20,000 nucleotides of DNA from Patellaria atrata CBS 101060 (taxonomy: Eukaryota): contig MU006111.1 in NCBI GenBank assembly GCA_010093705.1, positions 241,324-261,323 of the forward strand. The letters run 5' to 3'. Shown piece after piece: positions 1-13,069 of this stretch. A model generated the notes under the pieces. The model was not told the DNA's origin, did no database searches, and worked only from the letters and a program-made list of their open reading frames with translations. Both the position numbers and the translations under genes were made by a program. The first letter of the stretch is position 1; every line of letters starts with the position of its first letter.

Positions 1-69
1 ACGTAAGTGTCCAATGGTTGTCAATTCTTGAATCTTGATGGATCTGAAAGTTTCGCTTACCCTCGAAAG

Positions 70-341
70 ATCGCCGTGCATATGGATGAGGGCGGGATTG
101 GGGGGCACGGGGGGAGCTTTGGTTCTTCTTTGATGGCGTCTTCCGGAGGATCAGAAGCACTGCATAAGGTACGGATAGAGAAAGATACCTGGGTTATCAA
201 ACTCTTCTGCGAACCGCATAGATATCGGTACGCCCGCCGAACGCAAATCACCACAACGCCGAATTGATGCTTTCCGAGATGCACGCTGTCCGGACGAGTT
301 ACGAGATGGAACCACCTTTTGAAATCCAGGGAGAAGTGTAA
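70..341 (+). CDS. Possible last two exons of a gene entering from the left edge (product unknown)
   Basis: GTAAGT donor at 3, CTTAC-like branch and AAG acceptor at 69. Exon 70-168 reads IAVHMDEGGIGGHGGSFGSSLMASSGGSEALHK. Intron 169-221 is GTACGG..CATAG with a weak branch point. Exon 222-341 reads ISVRPPNANHHNAELMLSEMHAVRTSYEMEPPFEIQGEV*. Phases are compatible, but no family is recognised. Confidence 0.35.
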
Positions 342-783
342 AAAAGGGCAGACGGCGATCCGGGTCCCAGCCGTTCCCAGTATTCTTATTAACCATTATT
401 TCAACCATATTATCGAACGTTTCTTGCAGTTCCGCGGTGTTGTATGAGCAAAGTTTGAGCTTAAGCTTCTCGTCTTACTCTATTTGCACGCAGGCATTTC
501 GGTTCCCGTCATCTATTCCGGTATTTTCCAAAGGGTTTATATATTAGCGCTGTTACTGCTGTTGTCAGAAATAGCACACTCTCATTTAATATTACCAGAT
601 ATATCGGATACGGTTATCGGCAGCCAACCATCTCATACTTCATTCCAAGTTTCGACCAAGACAACGCCGATCAGAGCAGAGTCAATGGCGTCAAAGGTAA
701 AGAAGCTCCACCAGCTCGCACAAGGAACCTGACTACGCCCAGCTTTCGTCGGCCTCTTCATCTGCAACACTCGCTTCTACGTG

Positions 784-786
784 GAG

Positions 787-820
<34 letters not shown>

Positions 821-840
821 AGGAGGAGGAGGAGGAGGAG
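784..840. repeat. (GAG)n trinucleotide microsatellite, 19 units with two GAA variants, intergenic
   Basis: Directly visible purine-only tract gaggaggag...gaagaggaagaggag... Confidence 0.95.
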
Positions 841-1926
841 AGAAGCAAGTAAAAGGGTGAAAATTTGCTAATGAAGCAGCACTTGAGCCTGAGTAGCTCT
901 CGGTATTCCACCACCCTCTTTAGGGTTAACCAGGCCGCTGGGACGTGCTGTCTCTGAAATGTGAAATCCAACAACCCCGTCAACGTCGTCGTTTTCCCCT
1001 GCTATGCTGGATGTTTTTTGTTATTAGTAAACAGTAAACTGTATACCTCAGTTCCAGATTATTTTATTTTTTTGCGCCCAGTGAAAATCACCCACTCCTT
1101 TTGTGCCGTGCCCTTTACAGAAGCCGGATACAGCGCCAGCAGTAGGCGTGCATGTGTGCTTGACTACTGCTTGTTCTGTCCCCTACTCCCCTTGTCTCTT
1201 CCACCAATCCGGACTTCGCGCCACCTACTTTGCTCCCGCGATTATGAGCAGGCCGATCCTGACGACTGTGCGCGGCTTGTTCAACTTGGTCGACTTTTGA
1301 GGGTCCCAAAAGATGGTCAAGGGCTCCCAAGCAGGTGTCCTATGCTTCATCCCTCCGCTACTAGGCCCCATCTTTCACCTAAACTAGAACTAAACGTTAA
1401 CTTGATTCCCCAAACCCAATCCAAGCCAACCCTAGAGCTAATACTACCTACCTTACCACTTGTCGCCATTATTGGTTGTCCGCCAATTATTACACCAGAC
1501 GACACACCTCCTCTCTTGCTTCTTCTTTTGTTCTCTACTCAACCCATCCTCGACCACGTCTGTCTCCGCATTCCATCCCCAGCTGTGCACTCCTAACGCC
1601 TGATATTCGCTCGTGCTCCCATCTTCCCCTCCGTGCTACCGTCTGGGCGCGCTTGGGCCGTTTTCCACTGGGACGGGTCCTTGACAGCATATCCGCGCGG
1701 ATTTCTTCTTTCAGCATACGGGGTACCCACAGCCACCGAAACGAGATCCGACGACGACATTCCATCAGCGCGCGACATCTACATGGCCCACGTCGATGTG
1801 TTACATGTGATCGTCTTCCTTGCTCTTACTATTGGCGCTCTGGACTTGAAACGGACTTCGTCCAACGACTAGGAACTTTTGCGACGAGAATAACATCATA
1901 ATAGAGTGATAGACTCGATAAGAAAT

Positions 1927-4169
1927 ATGGATGCGAATCAAGGGCAGGCGGGAGCCAGCAACTCCAGCGACTTCGTAAGTGAAACTGTACCTGATAATAC
2001 TCAGATATCGAACTTATACCTTACTAATGTAATGTGGTCGGCTAGGTTCGCAAATTATATAAGTTAGTCCTTAGAAAAAATCGCAACCCATTTCGCGGAT
2101 CGGACTCATCGCTAACAATGTTAACAGAATGCTTGAGAACCCCACAGATGAGAATGTAGTAAGATGGGGCAATGAAGGTGATAGTTTCGTTGTATTAGAG
2201 GTCAGTCTATGCTACTCATTGCTACACGTCGCAGATGATAACTAATCGAATGTAGAATGAGAAATTCACAAAGCATATCCTACCGAAACATTTCAAACAT
2301 AGTAATTTCGCAAGCTTCGTCAGACAATTGAACAAATACGATTTTCATAAGGTCCGACATAATAATGAAGAGTCTGGTCAATCACCTTACGGCGCAGGTG
2401 TAAGTGAAGACATATGTGAATGACTGTGACCTTTATTGATTGCTCGTACAGGCTTGGGAGTTTAAGCACCCCGATTTTAAGATGAACAATAAAGATGCGC
2501 TGGACAATATTCGGCGGAAAGCACCTGCCCCAAGGAAACCCAATGCAACCGTAGATGAGATGATGATCCCAACTCAGCAGATGGATCTCGTCAACACGCA
2601 ACTAGTTGCAACACAACAACAACTTCAAGCACTCCAGGAAAGATACAACGAACTCAGCATACATCATTCCATGCTCTTACAGGAGTTGATAGGGATCCAG
2701 AAGACCGTTGTAAACCACGAGCATGTCATGCAAAATGTGATGAGCTTCCTTCATTCCGTCGATGCACAACGTAGGCGGGATAGTAGGATGATGAACCCTA
2801 ATCCATTTGGACAAGCAAACGCACAAAACGGACAGGTGGATCCTGCAAACCAGCAAGTGACACCACTAGAGGACGATGTTCCGGCGTCACCATTACAACA
2901 TGCCTCGAAGCTGCTTAGTGAGACCAATGCGGATATGATGTTGAATCCGAGGAACCTGGAACATATGAATGAGGTATCAATGCGTATGAATGGAACGTTG
3001 ACAACCCCGCCACCCGATTATGTCCGAAATGGACAGCGTCCATCCAGTCGGGGTGCACCCACATCGGCAGGTTCGTCCACGTCGATGCGTCATGCCGAAC
3101 TTGATACAATGGTCTATCCTGTTGGAACCTCACAGGGTATTGATCCAATGTATAGTGAACACATTCATAACATCCCATATCCTCTACCCACTAAGGTTGA
3201 AACCAGTGATCCAAGGTTCCATCCCACAGATGGTCGAAAGAAGAGTGCGCAGGTTGACCCGGGGTGGCTCCGACAGCCTCAAATCCTGCTTGTGGAAGAT
3301 GATCCTACTTGTCGCAGAATTGGTGGCAAGTTCCTCTTCGCATTCCATTGTTCGATTGATTTTGCGGTAGGTAGCACGGAAACTTATAGTGAGCTTTGCT
3401 AATGATCCCATAGTTGGATGGGCTGGAAGCCGTGAACAAGATGAACGCCGGGTCCAAATATGACTTGGTCCTCATGGATATTATTATGCCTAACCTAGAT
3501 GGTGTATCAGCCTGCCATCTCATACGTCAGTTTGATTCTACACCAATTATAGCAATGACATCAAACATCAGAAGTGATGATATATCGATGTACTTCCAAC
3601 ACGGTAAGTTCCCAGTGCTGTATGATATCCTTAGCTCTTTCTGACAAATGAAAGGTATGAATGATGTGTTACCAAAACCGTTTACTAAGGAAGGACTGTT
3701 GCACATGTTGGAAAAACACCTTGCACATTTGAAGAAACCAGCACATTTGGACGGTATGGGTGCCCCTGTGCAACAACAAGGCAATTTGCAACCTCACCCC
3801 CAACAAGCAATAAGACAGGGATTGAAGGAAGCTGAATCTCCGGCAAAGTCACCGGCGACGACCAGTAATTGGAACTCTCCAAACCAGATGCCGGGAGTAT
3901 CCCCAGTGGGCAGTACAATGACCGATGAGTATATGAACGCAGTCCAGACTGGGGCTTATGGCACACCCATGACAGGAGGCATGGGATACAATACCTCTCC
4001 CCAACAGATAACGATGACAGCTCCTAGGGCTCAGCAAGGTGGTCATCGACGGCAGATCTCGGATATTACAGGCGGCGATGAGGCGATGAACAATGCGAAG
4101 CGGCAGCAAATGTACGTCCAACCCATGCAACAACAACATCAGATGAATCCCAACCAGAGACAACGGTGA
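1927..4169 (+). CDS. SKN7: Stress response regulator Skn7/SrrA/Prr1 (HSF-type DNA-binding domain, coiled coil, receiver domain), about 633 aa
   Basis: Exons 1927-1974, 2046-2062, 2128-2200, 2256-2399, 2452-3366, 3414-3603, 3655-4169, all with GT-AG introns and in frame. HSF motifs [20 protein letters not shown] and [25 protein letters not shown]. Receiver domain ILLVEDD...[14 protein letters not shown]...KPFT with the phospho-acceptor Asp intact. Gln-rich tail. Confidence 0.95.
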
Positions 4170-5021
4170 TATCTAGGACCAGGTGAATAGGTGTAAGTTG
4201 ATGACGATGACATTCTGAATCATTCAAGAGTTGGAAGGATATTGTTTTTGATTCGACGTGCTTCCTCTTGGCAAGGATATGCTTTTGATGATGTTCTTTG
4301 GTTCGTACCATCATGTACGCGACTGTATCTTATTCGAACTGTAATTTTTTCCCCATGTAAGTGGAAGGGTCAGTCTGGGGTTTCAGAGAGTGGACAAGCA
4401 TGATTCCCATGGCAAACAACTGCATAGAAGAACTAGAAAGAGATATAAGGAGAGAGAATACGGAGTGATCTCCGATGGCGCAAGTGGATAGGAGGAAAGT
4501 CGGATAGTACGGAGCGCAGCAAGTGAATGAAACGGCTTCTTTTTTTTTCTTATGATTCTAATTGAAACGGAATTCTTTACTTTCGTATGTGATTCCTGGT
4601 TGGCGAAAAGAAGAAAAAGGTTTTGAAGGGAATTGGGCGGGACGTAGTCTCCTTATAAACAAGTTGATGGAGCACAGAAATAAGGTCCAGCCCCATCTAT
4701 ACATATGTTTTGCTGTGTTCCTTAGTGTTCTAGATTCAAGGGTTCCAGATATCAGGCCAGTCAACAAAGGCTAACAAGCATCTGAGAGTCTCGCCTGTCT
4801 CTATCTGTAAAACTAACCGTTGCCAAGCCTGATATCCCGGGTTGTCAAGCCACATGGATCTATTACCAGTCATACCTTATTATTACTCCCGCACTTCGTA
4901 CTTTACACTTTATATCACTTTCGATAACTTCCACTAGAAGGAAATCTCACGCTTCAGTACAATACCTGCTTGATACTTTGATTACGCGTACCTTCATCTA
5001 TACCTACACATCACAATAATC

Positions 5022-7363
5022 ATGCCACCAAAAGGCAAAAAGAGCGCTGCAAGCGACAAGCAGAAGTCAGCGGAGGATGAGAGAGAAGAACCCCTCCAGG
5101 CAGTGGTGAGTAGAGCGGTCTAGGTCCTTTCGCCAATTCCCACACTGAGACAGCGCAGATACTGGCAGATCCCTTCGAGACCCGCTTCAGTCCATTCACT
5201 CTCGAGCGACCACGAGTACGTTCCCTGCAGGGACCCAGTCAGACCATGGTGCGACCCGTTTGCTGACATCCTGGCATAGTGTTTGCTCCCGCTCGCGAAT
5301 ATGCCGCTGATCGAATACACGTTCGAGTTCCTGGCTAATGCGGGCGTCGATGAGATTTTCGTGTATTGTGGTGCTCATACGGAGCAGGTAGAGGATTATA
5401 TACAGTAAGACCGCATAGCAGTTAGTTGAGGAGATAACTTGCGCTAACATGGTTTAGGGAATCAAAATGGTCATCTCGATCCTCCCCCTTCTCCAAGTTG
5501 GAGATAATACGATCGACGTCGCGATCAATAGGCGACGCAATGCGCGATCTAGACAAGAGGAATATCATGGGCGGAGATTTCCTCGTAGTATATGGAGACG
5601 TCGTCAGCAATCTTCCACTGGAATCCGCACTAGCAGCCCATCGTGCACGACGCATGAAAGACAAGAATGCTATCATGACTATGGTCCTGAGAGAGGCTGG
5701 AACGTCACATAGAACAAAAGCACATGGTACATGTCCCGTCTTTGTGGTAGACCCTACCAAGGAGAGGTGCATTCATTTCGAACAGATGCATCCAGGGCAA
5801 CATAATAAGTTCGCTAATATTGATCCACAACTACTGTTGGACCACCAAGAGATCGAGATTCGACAGGACCTGATCGATTGCGGGATAGATATTTGCACAC
5901 CGGATGTACTTGCACTGTGGAGTGATAATTTCGATTATGAAGCTCCGCGGAGAGGTTTTTTACACAGTGTGCTCAAGGATTATGAACTTAACGGCAAGAC
6001 AATACATACGCATGTAGTAAAGAATCACTACGCAGCTCGAGTGAGGAACCTACACGCGTACGACTCTGTCAGTAAAGATATCGTCTCTCGCTGGGCTTAT
6101 CCTCTATGTCCAGACAGCAATCTTCTTCGCGGTCAGTCATATCGATTACAGAAAGGCAACATCTATAAAGAAGACAATGTCATACTCGCCAGATCCTGCG
6201 TTATCAATCGTAGATCAGTTATCGGTCAAGGGACGAGCATTGGTGAGGGTAGCGTTGTCTCTAATAGCGTCATCGGTCGTTCATGTATTATCGGTAGACA
6301 TGTTACCCTCGATGGAGCTTACATCTGGGATCACGCTGTCGTAGGCGATGGTTCCGATATCCGCCAAGCTGTCATCGGCACCGAAGCCGCTATTGGACGG
6401 AACTGCAAGATCGAACCGGGCGCCCTGATCTCCCAAGGCGTCAGAATTGCAGATAACATGACCATCGCAGGTACGAGCAGGATCACGCGCACCAAACGCA
6501 AGCGAATGGACAAAGAGGAATTGTTCAGAGGAGAACCGGACCCCAAAGTGGTCGGTGAAGACGGCGACGGTTTCGAATTCGTCGACTCGGACGCCGACTC
6601 CGACTCCGAAGACCTCGCCGAAGGTCTCGCTTCCACGGGACTGATATACAACCTTTCCGCGCTCGCCCTCTCCTCCGACTCCATCTCCACGCTCAACTCC
6701 GACTCGGAGCTCTCAGACGACAGAACATCCCGCCACCATGCCGCCGACTCCTTCGCCTCCATAGCCTCCGACGACAGTCACGCGAGCCAACACGCAGAAC
6801 ACTTCCACAACGACGCCGCCGCCAGCATCTTCGACTCCCTCCAGAAGGGCGACGATACGTCTAACATCCAGCTCGAGCTCACGGCACTCAAGCTCAGCAC
6901 AAACGCAAGCGAGCACCAGGTCCGTCGCGCCGTCGTCGCGGCCCTCATGCGGCGTCTCTCTCAACTCGTCGACGCCGGTGCCTCCCCCAAAGACGCCGTC
7001 AAGGGCCTCGTTGCGGGATATCAGGACCTCGTTAGACGGACCATGTTCGATAAGGAGACGGTGGGGAAGCCGGATCAGGTCGATTTCCTGCTGCTGGCGC
7101 AGATGGATTGTTTGGCGAGGAGACAGGGCGAGGTTATGCTTTTGGTGCTTTGTACCGAGCTTTATAGTGTTGATGTCATCGAGGCGGAGGGCTTGGAGGC
7201 TTGGTGGATGGATGAGAGGGGTACGGCGACGGAGGAGTTGAGGAGGGTTAGGGAGCGCACGAGGCAGTTGATTGAGTTTTTGGGGGAGAGTGAAGAGGAT
7301 GAGGAGGATGAGGAGGATGAGGAGGATGAGGAGGGTGAGGAGGATGGGGATGAGGAGGAATAG
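5022..7363 (+). CDS. GCD6: Translation initiation factor eIF2B epsilon subunit, about 723 aa
   Basis: Exons 5022-5105, 5159-5215, 5280-5404, 5458-7363. N-terminal LQAVILADPFETRFSPFTLERPRCLLPLAN nucleotidyltransferase-like domain, DCGIDICTPDVLALWSDNFDY motif, hexapeptide left-handed beta-helix repeats, C-terminal W2/HEAT domain (NIQLELTALK...EAWW) and an acidic tail. Confidence 0.95.
7291..7360 (+). repeat. Coding (GAG/GAT)n low-complexity repeat encoding the poly-Glu/Asp tail of GCD6
   Basis: gaggatgaggaggatgaggaggatgag... gives EEDEEDEEDEEDEEGEEDGDEEE. Confidence 0.85.
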
Positions 7364-7771
7364 GGGGGAGGGGATATACCCGGGTCTTTAAGTAGATAGG
7401 ACACGAAGTCATTGTGGAGATAAATGCAGAGGTTAGGGATTTGAGCCAGATATGGAAGTTATATTCATTTCGAACCTATCCTCCGTTGCTAGAAGCTTCT
7501 TTGTGAATATACATGCTTTTTTGAGAGAGAGAATATCAATGTTCGCCATTTTGGTTACGAGCCCTTGAACCTTCTGAAGCAAGCTGGATAGCTCAAGAAC
7601 TTTGTCTTTGAGGACTTGCACTCGCACCAAGCACTCAATCAACTTGGTGAACCATACTAAATGACGGTGCACGAGTGGCTTCGCCTATAATCTACTCCCT
7701 AATTCATCATTCATCATTCATCAACTCGTCAACTCGTTAACCTCTCGTCTCGTCCACCAGCTCTACACTTT

Positions 7772-8626
7772 TCAGATCGTCAACCTCCCCGTCCCAGCCC
7801 ACCCATGCCACACACCGCCGACCTCAACCGCGAGATCCTCGGCACTCCTCCCCCTCGCATCCCTCAACCTCCTGATATCGACCAAGCCCTCCTGACTCTC
7901 CCTCTGCACCCCTAACGCATCCGCTTCGAGCAACACCTCCTGCGGAAACCTACTCAGCTCCAACTCGGACGCCAACAACAAAAGCAACCAGACGACCTCG
8001 CGGGCGCCGCCTTGCACCGCGGCATGGAGCCCGCTGCGGTGGTCCCCGAGGGGGTCCTGCGAGCGCAGCAGCGCGGTGCGGGCGGGTGAGCCGAGGGGGA
8101 TCGCGTCTTCGGTGCTGGAGGACTCGTCTTCAAGCATGTGCAGGATCGAGGTCACGTCGTTGGAGGCGCAGAAGGTGAGGAAGGCGCGCGGTTTGAGGGC
8201 CTCCGGGTGCGTGCGGAGGTAGGATTCTTCGGTCAGTAGGGGCAGGATGTCGAGGTTGCGTTGGAGGCCGCCTTCGTTGTGCAGGGTGCAGGGGATCTTT
8301 GGGGAGGAGGGGGAGGTTAGGGGGGTGGAGCAGGAGGGGCAGGTGGGCGTTTGGTAGGCGTCTAGGAGACATTGCCTGAGTTAAGGTTAGCGGAGGTATT
8401 CTGGCATACGGTCTTTGGACTGTTTGTTGAGAGAGGTGTTGTGATGCTGAGAGGGGTCTTACCAGTGAAAGTGACATCCACAGCCCAATTCTATATCGTC
8501 AGGTACGGTGTTTGGTTGCGCGGCGGAGGAACTGCTCCCCACCACTCCCTCCATCTGCATGTCCTCATCCTCGGATTCTTGCTCAATCTCCAGTGTCAAT
8601 GGCTTTTGGCACGCGACACACGCCAT
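7772..8626 (-). CDS. RING-variant (C4HC3-like) zinc finger plus ankyrin-like repeat protein, putative E3 ligase, about 255 aa
   Basis: Exons 8626-8463 and 8375-7772, intron GTAAGA..GCTAAC..CAG. The spliced product begins MACVAC...ELGCGCHFHWQCLLDAYQTPTCPSC and has an ankyrin-like SGLHAAVQGGAREVVWLLL motif downstream. The ORF track shows only fragments. Confidence 0.8.
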
Positions 8627-8942
8627 TGCGTCTGTCGGAGCGTTTCATCTGCGGTGGAGCGAAACTGAGGTGGAAGAGAGCAGCGTTTGCGGTGTTCGAA
8701 GATGTGGAGGTGAGGCGGGACGTTTCAAGGGGCTTGGCGTGATCGTCAGGGCGAACCGACCGTTGCTCAATTTGGATGAGCTTTCGAGTTGAACGGCTGA
8801 TGCTGTCGTCCTTGTGCCCGCTTACCTCTACTCTTTTTGTTGGAGAAAGACATACCACTTTTCTCTATACACGATTTTATGGGAACGAAAATGAACAATA
8901 TTATGAGGAAGATTTTCTGATTCCCATGTCGGCGAGATAGTT
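8627..8942. promoter_or_regulatory. Short divergent intergenic region (316 bp), probable bidirectional promoter
   Basis: Head-to-head ATGs at 8626 (-) and 8943 (+). Confidence 0.55.
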
Positions 8943-11900
8943 ATGGAAGAGCAGGAGAGCGCAGCTCAGCTGCAAGAGCTGGAGCAAACACCAGAACCCA
9001 CCGCCGCAACTGGTGAACCCAAGGTCCTTTTGGAGGAAGCGAAAGATGCTATAAAGACTTTGCCCGACAACGCACAGAATATCCAGGCTACCGTCCAGTC
9101 TGTCACGAATCATGCCCTGGGATTTCTATCTACGGCGAGCAACGAGACCCTGGGAGCTTGTCTCGTAGGACTGAGTGCAACCACATACTTGGTATTGGGA
9201 CGTGTCGGGTTGGTGTTGATAGGAGTTGTGGGTGGAGTGGTATTACACGCAAGCTGGGAAGGGAGCACGGCAGATGTAGCAGAAAAATCCAAGGAAGAGA
9301 AGAGAAGAAAGGAGGTAGGAGTCGATGTCCTCCATAGAGTTCTGGACTGGCGGACAAAAGCCCCAGAGACCGTTGATGGATCAGGGGATGGTGTAGGTAG
9401 CTTTACGAGCAGTCTTCATACTCGCAAACAGCTGGACTATTCGGAATTCAAGCCTGAGACTGCCGCGGCGCTGAACGATCTCACTGACGCCGTGATACGT
9501 GACTACGTGAGGTAGGGGATCTGTCCCCTTATAGCTGTACTTAGACTAATGTATATACAGGTGGTGGTATACTCCTGTCCTACCCTCAGAAGAGTTATTT
9601 CCTACCTCATCCCGAAAAACATTGACTGCTTTCATACTTTCCATATCAAATCATCTCTCCCGGAAGCGACCGGCCGACACGTTTCTCGATTTCCTCGCAA
9701 ACTCATCTTCCATAGTGGTAGTATTTCTCAATGAGTTAGCTAGCGCATTGACCGCATTACCATCCGCCGCTGCTCCCGAGGCTGTTGCTACATACTTGAT
9801 CTCAAAACCAGATAGCAGCTTGTCACAAATTCTAGACCGAAAGAACCAGGAAAGGAAGCTTGATATCGTCGCGGAAGATGTTCTTCAGACATACTTGGAT
9901 TCGAAAACGTATAATTGTGAACCCGCACGAGTCTTCCTCAGGGAAGTACTTGCAAAATTAATACTGGAGAAGACGGTTCAAAGTTGCTCTAAAGCCGACT
10001 GGGTCAACGGATGGATTGTCTATCTTTTAGAAGAAGGCGAGCCGGAGATAATGAACGTTATTGATACAGGAGTTAGTGGAGAATGTGGGGAGCAACTTCA
10101 GAATGTCAAAAAGCAGATGATTGCGCACGATGAAAATGCTTCAGCAGAAGCGAAACGTACGGAAGAGAAGGTCCAACAGCACAAACGAGTCGTCAGCAAA
10201 GCACAAGAAGCCATGGATGAAGCGATGAAGGAAGCACAGCGACTAACTCAACTCATAGCAGAGGAAGATGCAAAAAGGCAACGGGAACAAGGGTCTGTCA
10301 ATGCTTCAGTGAGCGACTTATCGGAGGTCACCACTCAGGGAATGGCGACACCTACATCTTCTCAGAGCGATATTAATGGGGAAAGCGATATGGCTACGTC
10401 AAGAAACATGTCTACTGAGTCATTTGGCAACGTTTTGACCGAACGGACGAACGGTTCCTCTAGCACTCTGCCTAGTATCAACACAAGCACTACTCCAGCC
10501 CCTGTCTCTGCTTCTGCTCCACAGCGTGCAGTGCCAACCCCTTTTACTAGCTTCGACCAGCTCATTCCACAACTTCCTACGGCCTTACTAGGGGAAGACG
10601 AGAAGCCGACCAAAGAGCCGCTTACCTTATCCAATGCGACTCTATCTATTTTCGATGATTCTATGCCTGGGGAAAAAGGTGTCATCCGCAGTAAACCGAA
10701 TGTAGATTATCTGATCCAGATCGAGCCTCGCTCTTCACATCATCCGGGGTGGATGATTGCTCGAAAATATGCAGACTTTGAGACACTGCACGAAATCATC
10801 AAAAGGTTATCTGTCATATCCGGCGTGGGATTCACAGAAACTCACCCTACACTACCTGCCTGGAAAGGTCATACTAAAGCTTCTCTTCGAGGAGAGCTTG
10901 AAAGATATCTGAACGATGCGGTGAAATTCAAGCCGCTAGCTGAGAGTGAAGGCCTAAAGAGATTCCTAGAAAAGGACCAAGGTTTAAGAAGCTCACCCCA
11001 TGCATCGAACAAGGGCGGATTCCCCGGTATTGGATGGCCCACCCCATCAGCTTTCGAGAACATGGGCAAAGGTATGATGGATGCTCTTACGAAGGCTCCG
11101 AAGGAAGTAGCGGGTGGCGGCAAAGCGTTGTTTGGCGGCGTCACAAGTGTACTGGGTGGTGTTGGTTCAATAGGACAGAGAAAGCAATCCGTAAATTCAG
11201 GAAGTCGAAGCCGCTCATCGACTTCAACTACTGCAACGACACCCAAATCAGGCCATATAAGGGTTGACAGTACACCGGTGGGTTTAAGTCTGAATAGGAA
11301 ATCTCAGGATGGGCTTACCTCTCAGGAGAGTCTACGACTGTCGCCCATCGTTGATCAGCAACCAGCTCCTATTCCCCAGATGGATCGGAAGCCTAGTTAT
11401 AATCCTGAAGTGGAAGCTGAGAGGGTACCTAGACTGAGTTCATCCTCAAAAGCATCTTTACATGCAAGGTCTGCAAAATCAAGTCGAGAGCCGAGTCGAG
11501 CTTCTTCGATAAGAGAAAGCTTGGATGAGCTTTCCCCTACCATGGGCGGTGATCAGATCCTCAACCTCCCTCCTCTCCCGACAGACATATCGGACGACTA
11601 CGGCAGTCCCGCCACATCATCACCCCTGCGTAACGTAAGGAACAGCGAAGAAATCAGCCGCGTCCTGAAAATATCCTCGCGCAAGCAATCCGAAGCAGAC
11701 ATCCCCTCCGTTCCGACACTCCCACCTCGCCCTTTCGAAAACAACGTCCCCACCAGCCCCCCTAAACACCCCAAACGCTCCCTGCCAAAACTTCCCCTCT
11801 CTGAAGACGAAACCAAGAATGTAGTAGAGCTCCTCTTCGCCGTCATAAACGAACTCTACACCCTCTCCTCGGCCTGGAACATCCGCCGTACCCTCCTCAC

Positions 11901-12288
11901 GGCCGCGAAAACCTACCTCCTCCGCCCCGGCAACCCGCAGCTCGAAAGCATCCGCGTACTGCTCCAAAGCAGCGTCCTCGACGCGAACACCTCAGACCCC
12001 GGGCTCGCGGCCCACATCAAGCTGCTCCGCGCCAACGCCCTTCCGACCGCGGACGAGCTGGAAACCTGGCCGCCGCCGCTTGCCGAGAGGGAGAGGGAGG
12101 CGCTCAGGGTGAAGGCGCGCAGGTTGCTCATGGAACGCGGCGTGCCGCAGGCTTTGATGAGCGTTATGGGACAGGCGGCTAGCGGTGAGGCGCTTGGGAA
12201 GGTGTTTGATTGCTTGCAGGTTGAGGAGGTCGCGAGGGGTTTGGTGTTTGGCTTGCTCTTGCAGGCTGTTCGGGCTGTCACGCAGTGA
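8943..12288 (+). CDS. PXA-PX-PXC (Nexin_C) sorting-nexin-like membrane protein (Mdm1/SNX13-related, Pxa1-like), about 1098 aa
   Basis: Exons 8943-9511 and 9561-12288, intron GTAGGG..ACTAAT..CAG. N-terminal hydrophobic segments, PXA start 'DAVIRDYVRWWY', PX domain (YLIQIEP..GWMIARKYADFETLH..LERYLN..FLE) and C-terminal PXC (ELYTLSSAWNIRRTLL...VFDCLQ). Confidence 0.88.
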
Positions 12289-13069
12289 TCCCTTTTCATT
12301 CACGGTTGGGATTTCGAAGTGTCCTGGGGATTTGGGGGGTTGGTATCGTGGAACCTCCTGGAATGTAGAAGTACGAGGTCAGTAGATGCAGGCGAGGCTG
12401 TGTTTGTGTTTCGAATTGCTAGATGTGTGAGTGAGGTGCGGTGTTTATTGGGGAATTGCGTCCTGTACAATATGAACTATCATGAAGGGTTATGTATCAA
12501 GACGGCCGATTTAAAGATATACAAAACGTATAGTCCGTGCTGGACAGTACGCTGAAAACATGCTGCGCTCATAGGAAATTGGTGATATGCGTCTCGGAGA
12601 ACGCTTCCGTATCCTTCACACGATGATCTCTCGAGTTATGGGAACCGGTCCTCAGACGTACTGCTTCACGCCCGCCATGAGAATGTTATTATACCTTATA
12701 TTAGCTACGTGCCGGAGAAATAGGAACATCTTCTCTCCTATCCCGTCACGAAAAAAGCCGTGTTTACAGAAAATTCTCCGAAAACCATCAGAATATGCTT
12801 AACTATTTTGAATATGCCCGTTCCGATACTTTCCCTACATGTACCGTTCCCAAGCCGAATATACACCGAAAGTCATTTTCCCATCTGCCCCCTACCTTGT
12901 ATAAGTTACTACAAGCAAATCCCTCGGCAGAGGCCCTATGCGAAAACTCCACACCTCACCTCCCCCCTCACCATCCCGCTGCCGCGTTCGCCGCGGCGGC
13001 CTCAGCCCAGGAATCCGCACCCTCGACATAGCCGCCCCAATCTCTACCCCAGCTGGCTCCGCCATCTAG

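Noticed and set aside
57..408. Minus-strand ORFs with an apparent GTAAGC donor at 60
   Set aside because: No recognisable product; the plus-strand spliced model fits phases better, though neither is certain.
777..983. Minus-strand poly-Ser ORF
   Set aside because: Artefact of the GAG microsatellite.
961..1901. ORFs of 211 aa (961-1596) and 141 aa (1476-1901) upstream of SKN7
   Set aside because: Non-ATG starts, pyrimidine-rich promoter/leader composition and no recognisable domain.
6331..7404. Antisense and alternate-frame ORFs over GCD6 (similar ones over SKN7, the PXA gene, the F-box-like gene and SHM1)
   Set aside because: Shadow ORFs of GC-rich coding sequence.
7703..7735. Short TTCATCA x3 and CAACTCGT x2 tandem repeats
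   Set aside because: Ordinary low-complexity sequence in a 3'UTR/terminator region.
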